Part shown: positions 54,042-64,000 of the stretch, piece after piece
Position numbering within the stretch: the stretch's first letter is position 1
Layout: every line of letters starts with the position of its first letter
Source: the human T2T-CHM13v2.0 reference genome, Homo sapiens
Strand: one strand, 5' to 3'
NCBI RefSeq assembly: GCF_009914755.1
Contig: NC_060929.1
DNA: 64,000 bases
The notes under the pieces: model-generated
Told to the model about the DNA's origin: nothing
What the model saw: the letters and a program-made list of their open reading frames with translations, nothing else
Databases searched by the model: none
Position numbers and translations under genes: made by a program

Positions 54042-54296
54042 TATAAAATTTTGTACAGCAGATACCTATATTGGTCACAACATTTAATTATGAATTAGCA
54101 CGGTTTTAAAGCTGGTTCAGTAAACGTTTCCTGGCCAACAACTGTCTTCTAAGTAAAAGAGATGACCTTAAAACACTAATTTAGAATGTTAACTGAGTAA
54201 AAATTAACATTTTATTGTCCTTACAGAAAAGAGCTGCATTTGAGTAAGAAGCTCTGACCTTAAAATGCCATGACTGTCTAATTATACTAAATGTTA

Positions 54297-54610
<314 letters not shown>

Positions 54611-54785
54611 TGTATTCTGAGGGTTTAATGTTATTGCATATAAGACGGTATTTTACCATTAAGTACTCGCTCTAATCTTTGAACTCTGTGATTTGTACAA
54701 ATATATTGAATTAAAAATTAATGCCTTGAAGTTTCTAAGTTTCAGAAATAATGTCTCACTTTAAAAAGGTATCCCCAAGTAAATA

Positions 54786-55030
54786 CAACTGACCCTTGCA
54801 CAACATGGGTTTGACCCGTGCAGGTCTACTCATATGCAAATTTTCTTCTGCCTCTGCCACCCCTGAGACAGCTACAGCTAGACCAACCCCTCGTCTTCCT
54901 CAGCCTACTCAACATGAAGATGACAGGGATGAAGACCTTTATGATTCACTCGACTTAATAAATAGTAAATATATTTTCTCTTCCTTATGATTTTCTTAAT
55001 AACCTTTTCTCTAGCTTACTTTAAGAATAT
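54786..55030 (+). mobile_element. Tigger2-family fragment
   Basis: gacccttgcacaacatgggtttg...cagcctactcaacatgaagatgac. Confidence 0.78.
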
Positions 55031-55034
55031 AATA

Positions 55035-55325
55035 GGCCAGGAACGGTGGCTCACGCGTGTAATCCCAGCACTTTGGGAGGCCGAGGCGGGCGGATCACGA
55101 GGTCAGGAAATCGAAACTATCCTGACTAACATGGTGAAAGCCGTCTCTACTAAAAATACAAAAAATTAGCCAGCCTTGGTGGCGGGCGCCTGTTGTCCCA
55201 CTACTCGGGAGGCTGAGGCAGGAGAATGGTGTGAACCAGGGAGGTGGAGCTTGCAGTGAGCCGAGTGCCACTGCACTGCAGCCTGGGCGACAGAGCAAGA
55301 CTCTGTCTCAAAAAAAAAAAAAAAA
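55035..55325 (+). mobile_element. AluY in HINT1 intron 2
   Basis: AluY-type motifs. Confidence 0.92.
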
Positions 55326-55562
55326 GGTAATAGCAAGTGTTGATAAGGATACGGAGAAGCTGGAACGCTCATTCATTGCTGGTGGGATACAAAATGATGC
55401 AGTAACTTTGGAAAACAGCTGGGCAGTTGAAGTCCTAATGGTTTTTCTGGTTTTTCCTTAGTAATGACCTTAGGAAGATGAAAATGTGACAGCACTTTAA
55501 GGACAAAATTAATCTCACAATTTAAAAAGCAAGAAAATAAATCATGTTAGAAATGTACTTAC

Positions 55563-55667
55563 ACTTTCATCATCATCTTCTGCCACAGAAATCTGGGATA
55601 TATGTTTCTTGGGTATCACCAGAAAATGTGTTGGTGCTTGAGGGGAAATGTCATGGAAAGCAAGGCA
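55563..55667 (-). CDS. HINT1: HINT1 exon 2 (aa 38-72, 105 nt)
   Basis: Translates to [35 protein letters not shown]; acceptor CTAG after a pyrimidine tract, donor GTAAGT. Confidence 0.99.
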
Positions 55668-55834
55668 CTAGGGAAAAGAGAAATAAATAAATAAATCAAA
55701 CTTTTAGTATATTGGTAGGATAAAACTTATTTCAACAAGTATTTACTGAGCAGTAACTACATGGAGGGCACTAGATGCTAAGAAAACAGAAGTGTACACA
55801 TTACGAATGGTGCCGTGGTCCTTTCCATGGAAGT

Positions 55835-56127
55835 CTTTTTTTTTTTGAGATGGAATCTCACTCTGTCACCCAGGCTGTAGTGCAATGGCATGATCTCAGC
55901 TCACTGCAACCTCCGCCTCCTGGGTTCAAGTGATTCTCTTGCCTCGGCCTCCCAAGTAGCTGGGATTACAGGCACGTGCCATCATGCCCAGCTAATTTTT
56001 GTGTTTTTGTAGAGACGGGGTTTCACCATGTTGTCCAGGCTGGTCTCGAACTCCTGACCTCAGGTGATCCACCTGCCTCGGCCTCCCAGAGTGCTGGGAT
56101 TACAGGCGTGAGCTACTGCACCCGGAC
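55835..56127 (-). mobile_element. AluS in HINT1 intron 1
   Basis: Alu consensus; TSD tccatggaagtctt. Confidence 0.94.
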
Positions 56128-57399
56128 TCCATGGAAGTCTTATGGGAAGACCAACTTTAAAAGTATAATCACCAAAGGTCATACATGTTACAAAGGAAAA
56201 ATATGAATGATCATTACAGGAAAAGCCTGATTTAGATTAAGTGTTTAAGAACAACTCTGAGGCAGTGACATTTAAACTGGGAGCCAATGAATGCATAAAA
56301 ATTGGCCATGCTAATCCTTGCCTGCCTCTCCAGATCTCCTGCAGGTCTTCACATGGAACTGGCCTTCTGAGCTCTCTGCCCTCAGAGCTTTTTCAATGAT
56401 CCTCTCCCCCTCCAAACCCCAACTTCCGTCTAATTTAAACTGCTAGTCATTCCGCCATTCCATTCCCAGCACATACATGATTTCTGGGAGAAAAAAGAAA
56501 AAACAGAAAAAAACCTCTGATTGCCCTCCCCGTCCCATTACTCCCAGGTCAGAGTCCTAGTTGTGCAATTTCCTGGTTTTTTTTTTTTCTTTATGATAGC
56601 AATCAGTTTTGTAACTACATATTTGTCTGATACTTGATTAATATCTATTCTCACTTTACTCAACTATTTAAGAAATATACCTATCCTTTTGTGTAAAGCT
56701 GAAGAGTATATATATGATATTCTTTAGCATTTAGACTAATTATTTAAAACAGTGTCTGTAAATACACATATGACATGAATATTTTCGAATCTCTTGCTCA
56801 CTGCTGAAGTGAAAGCTGTTTTAATAAAACCCATCCACACTTATTTGTCTCAGGAGTAATTCTACTGGGTACTCCCTACAAAATGCTGATTCATTTAGAA
56901 TGCTTCCTGCCGTTCTACAGTTGGACTTCGGTGGTTCAAATGTAAATTTTTCAAGAACCATTTCTCAAAGGCAACTGCGAACTTTAAAAAGAAATATTTT
57001 TTCTAAAACCAAAGAATTTCCCCTGAGTAGAGACAAAGTATTTTTTTTTTTAATTTACCTAGAGGAACCTAATTAAATTTTTGATAACGTTTTGAATCTA
57101 ACCGACATTAGTAGAATAAATGTTTTTCTTAGATTTTATATTTCCTAAATTTAACAAAACTGTTTACAAAATTTGTTCTATCTAAATCAGCCAATCTGCC
57201 CAGCTTTATCTGAGATCCAATCCCAAAAATACAACTGGCCACTAAATAATTTACACAAGATATCTCAAAGTCACATCAACTGGGATTTCACCTACAAGAA
57301 GTCAACAAAAACTACAGTCTTAGTCTCTTGGCATAAAATTACTTCCTGTTGAATACAAAAAGAATCATTCAGCTGTTTGTAAGTCCAAAATGTTCAGCG

Positions 57400-58400
57400 G
57401 GAGAGGTCAACGGAAAGCAAATCCCAGACGCGGGCCCACTTCTTATCTCAGGAGATCGCCTCGCTAGCCCAGGGTAGGCCTTGGGGTGGAGATAGGGATA
57501 GGGGTAGGGGTGAGGGTGGCAAGCCGCACCCCGCGGAGGAAGCCGGCAGGCCCAGACGGCCCGCGCACCTCCCAGCGCCCCTGGGGCCCTCGAGCACAAT
57601 GCCTTGCTGAGCAGCGCCCAGGAACGCCGGGCCCTGGCAGGCCGGCTGTGCGCGGGAGATCGCGGAGATTGGGCCTGAGTCAGGGCGCGATCGGGTTTCT
57701 CTCTGTCAGGCAGAGCGCTGGCGAGATTTCGAGATTCCTGATACAGGCAAGGTCCGAGGCAGCCGGGGAACCGGCGGGCTTCCACGCGGGGGCCCCAGTG
57801 CGCCCCGACACGCGCCCAGGCCCCGCGGTGCGGCACTCAGGGCGCCCGGCGGCCTGGCCCGCGCCCGGGGCAGATAACGAGTAACCGGAGCGCCGGCACG
57901 CGCCGGCAGGCCGCCTCGGAGTGCCCGGGCCCTGTCCGCTGGCTGGGGGCCCGCTGGACCAGGGCAGCCAGGTCCCCTCCCGTCGCCGCTACACTCGCGA
58001 CCCCTCCTCTCCCTCCGCGAGAAACCCGAGGATCCGCGGACGATACCCACCTCAGCAGGCGAGAGAGGTGGTGCCCAGTACCTACCCGGTCATCCTCAAA
58101 AATGATTTTGGCTGGTATTTCCTTGCGGATGATCTTCCCAAAGATCGTGTCGCCACCAGGCCGAGCGACCTGAGCCTTGGCAATCTCATCTGCCATCTCG
58201 GCCTCTCTCCCGCGCGGCGGCCAGAGGAGAGGCTCGGAAGAAGGGAGGAACCCGCAGAGCGTGCGGCGCGAGAGGGCGCAGCCAAGCCTGCGCAGGTGCC
58301 CCGGCTCTGGCGCCCCACCTAATCTTGCGCGTGCGCACTGGCGACCTGGGCTGCGAGTGCGGCCAGCGCGCTAGAGCGCCTCAGGGACCTCCGGCTTGGG
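57400..58400. promoter_or_regulatory. HINT1: CpG island covering the HINT1 promoter, exon 1 and start of intron 1
   Basis: GC- and CpG-dense block; NRF1-type motif TGCGCGTGCGCA at 58326-58337. Confidence 0.92.
58086..58196 (-). CDS. HINT1: HINT1 coding exon 1 (aa 1-37)
   Basis: Translates to [37 protein letters not shown], followed by donor GTAGGT at 58085. Confidence 0.99.
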
Positions 58401-58658
58401 GAAGTTCCTGGTCTTGAGCTCCAAGGAGATTCCTAAGTCGTTTTTCTATCCTCCTTTCTTGTCTCCTGGGGAATGCAGTTACTGGTATAAACCCTTCGTC
58501 TGCCTATGGATGCTTGTAGGGAAAGTTGGATACTGTAACTGACAAGATTTGATAATTTAAGTGGTGCTGGCTGCAACTTAGCACTTAGATTATTTAAGGT
58601 CTTGCTGCTGCAGCAGATTTTAAGTCCTCTCTTCAACAGAGTTTTTTTCTCTCTCTAC

Positions 58659-60560
<1,902 letters not shown>

Positions 60561-60591
60561 AACCTTATTGACTGGCATCACGCGAACTCAG

Positions 60592-61923
<1,332 letters not shown>

Positions 61924-62012
61924 TAGCTCTGTGAACTTACATGATGAACATGCTGGAATTTCCTGTTCAGTTCTGCGACTTATACTTTGAGATGCAAACT
62001 TTAAAAAGACAA

Positions 62013-62506
62013 TGAAATTTCAGAACCTTCCAAATTTATTAAGCCAAGGGGGCAAAGTTAAGCCTTGAAAACTGAGTCATGTAATACAGCTGTTTTTCTT
62101 CTCTGGTGCATGACTATTGTTGCTTCCCGACCTTTGTGTTGAGATGTTATACATTAATCAGACTCCCTATTCTTCGTTTCAAACCTGGACTACATAATAT
62201 TAGAGCTGTAGACCCTTGTGATTGTTACTTTTTTACGATAGAATATTAAGCAACCACCTTAGAGTGTAATCAATACTAGCCAATCAGATCTTAAATCTGG
62301 ATGTTATCCATTGTTTGGAAAATGTTGTAATTCTGTTTGGCATCTCCATTTTGTCTTATATAAACCATCTTCAATTTTCCTTACGCTGGAAGCACTGATC
62401 AGCATTCTTTGGTGTCTACATGTTCCCATATGACTGCCCTTACACTTTACAGTTGAATAAACCTTTTTAACTGGATCCTTAGCCTTTTGATTATTTTGGG
62501 GTGACA
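62013..62506 (+). mobile_element. ERV1 (MER4-group-like) solo LTR
   Basis: TG...CA ends, CCAAT, TATATAAA and AATAAA in the expected LTR order. Confidence 0.72.
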
Positions 62507-63599
62507 AGACAAACCAGGCCATGTTCCCAGAACAACTAGAATAGTGAAGAGCCCACCTCATATGTGGAACAGTTAAAGGAGACATGCAGATTTATTTAAG
62601 AAAAGAGGAGCCACAGAACTGAACTGATTCTGTCATTATAGAACTGTTTTAAAGTATCAGCAGATGAGGGACTTTGGTTAACTGAATTCAGGACAGTAGC
62701 TAGCAAGAAATCATCACAATAAGTTATGAATTTTCAGGAAGCTGCACTATGAGTCTACACTGAAAATGGGGGAGCGGGGACGGGGTATCTTTTAAATCAC
62801 CGTCAGCATTCAGAAAACACAATGCAAGGTCCAAGATCATCTAGTTTATTGTTTCTCAGATAAAAGACAATATCCAGTATACTTGGTTTAATCGCTTCAT
62901 TACGTTAAATGTTCTGCAAATCGAATGCATCTTAATTTTAAAAAATCGATTATCTTGTTATTCTCAGAATGACTTGCAATAATTCCTTAGAATAACATAG
63001 ATCACAGAGAAAGAAAAGGGCCTTGGAAATCCATTGGTCCAGATCTTTCATTTTTAATAAGAAGTCAATTTTACCTAAAAGTTAACCTGAAAGGCTACAC
63101 GGGTAGGGAAGGAGAACAATTATGCAATAGGAACAATAGGAAAAGGTTGTGGCGCGTTAGTAACGTGACTACAGAGTTTTTTCTTGATGCTTGCAAGGTC
63201 ATAAGTTGAAACGCACTTAAATACTTATGATTGTTTCTAATTATGATGCTGCTGATTAATTACCCATTTCTGACCTCTTTATCAGCAAAACCAAGGAGTA
63301 GAGAGAGCTGAATAGGCAAAATGTAAAGGGTAAAACTAGGCTTTACGGTCAGGCATAGCGGATTTGCATCCCAGATCTCCATTTACTAAATGTGCGAACT
63401 TCAGCGAGTAATTTAACCTCACCTTCTATGGAAATAAATGAGAGAATATACGCATAAAATTTTTAGGAGTCAGTGTTCCAATCAATGCCCGCTGCAGCTG
63501 TTAGGACTTGGCTTTTATTTATGCACATTTCCAAAGAGATAGTCGCAACTGGGAAACGTTAAAATAAAGGTTCTTTTACAGACGATCCTATACCCTAAA

Positions 63600-63997
63600 C
63601 AGGAGGTAACAAAACGCGGGTGCCGACGCCATCCACTATATACAAACCTAGTCCGCCTAGCAGACGATCCCTGCGCCGGAAGTGACTGTGCCCCTAACTA
63701 ACATGGCGTCCAGGTGATTTCCGTTCTCTTCTGGCCAGTAATTGGGCTCTGCGGCTCCTCGCGATTTTACCAGTTCCCATCCGTTTAGCAAACGCCTTTA
63801 GCAAACGCCCGTTTAGCAAACGCCTCCTCCGTCCTTTGGAGGAGGGCGGGGCTAAAAGGGAGATGCTGCCTAGTGATTCGTTGTGGCGCATTAGTAACGC
63901 GACTACAGGGGGCTGGAAACAGTTCAGTCTTTGATTGGTTGCTGAGAGGCGGGGCTACTCGACTGCTCTGGAGGTAGCGGCCGCGGTGAGGAGAGCC
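63600..63997 (+). promoter_or_regulatory. LYRM7: CpG-rich promoter and 5' UTR of the divergent gene (probably LYRM7)
   Basis: ETS CCGGAAGTG 63676-63684, YY1-like AACATGGCG 63700-63708, GC boxes 63844-63852 and 63947-63955, inverted CCAAT 63934-63938. Confidence 0.8.
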
Positions 63998-64000
63998 ATG
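63998..64000 (+). CDS. LYRM7: Probable LYRM7 start codon; the CDS continues beyond the window
   Basis: GAGAGCCATG Kozak context ~5.8 kb from the HINT1 ATG, matching the known divergent HINT1/LYRM7 arrangement; no coding sequence is visible to confirm. Confidence 0.75.

Noticed and set aside
55345-55352. U12-type donor motif GTATCCTT on the minus strand just after the cryptic exon
   Set aside because: There is no U12 branch point near the exon 3 acceptor, and it lies in L1-derived sequence, so it is probably chance.
57369-58374. Overlapping Pro/Arg/Gly-rich ORFs on both strands
   Set aside because: Expected from stop-codon scarcity in a CpG island; only the first 37 codons of 57837-58196 are HINT1.

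Overview
This is primate, almost certainly human, genomic DNA from the HINT1-LYRM7 locus (chr5q, placed from the recognised genes). The first ~52 kb has no recognisable gene and is packed with repeats: two near-full-length dead L1PA elements, older L1 fragments, about 40 Alus, several LTRs and DNA-transposon fossils. HINT1 lies complete on the minus strand with coding exons 58086-58196, 55563-55667 and 52438-52602 (126 aa, HIT motif HVHLH) and a CpG-island promoter. The window ends on what is probably the LYRM7 start codon (63998-64000). I see no convincing new protein-coding system; almost all other ORFs come from Alu, L1 or LTR sequence. The most unusual signals are: (1) an L1-retroposed, polyadenylated copy of what looks like only the R region of an LTR12/ERV9 LTR; (2) an inverted templated insertion copied from a neighbouring L1; (3) shared non-consensus variants between L1s of different subfamilies, suggesting gene conversion; (4) an L1 insertion-associated deletion; (5) cryptic HINT1 splice options; and (6) a 29-bp direct repeat plus related palindromes upstream of LYRM7. 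Repeat subfamily names and consensus comparisons are from memory and need confirming with RepeatMasker/Dfam; repeat boundaries are approximate.
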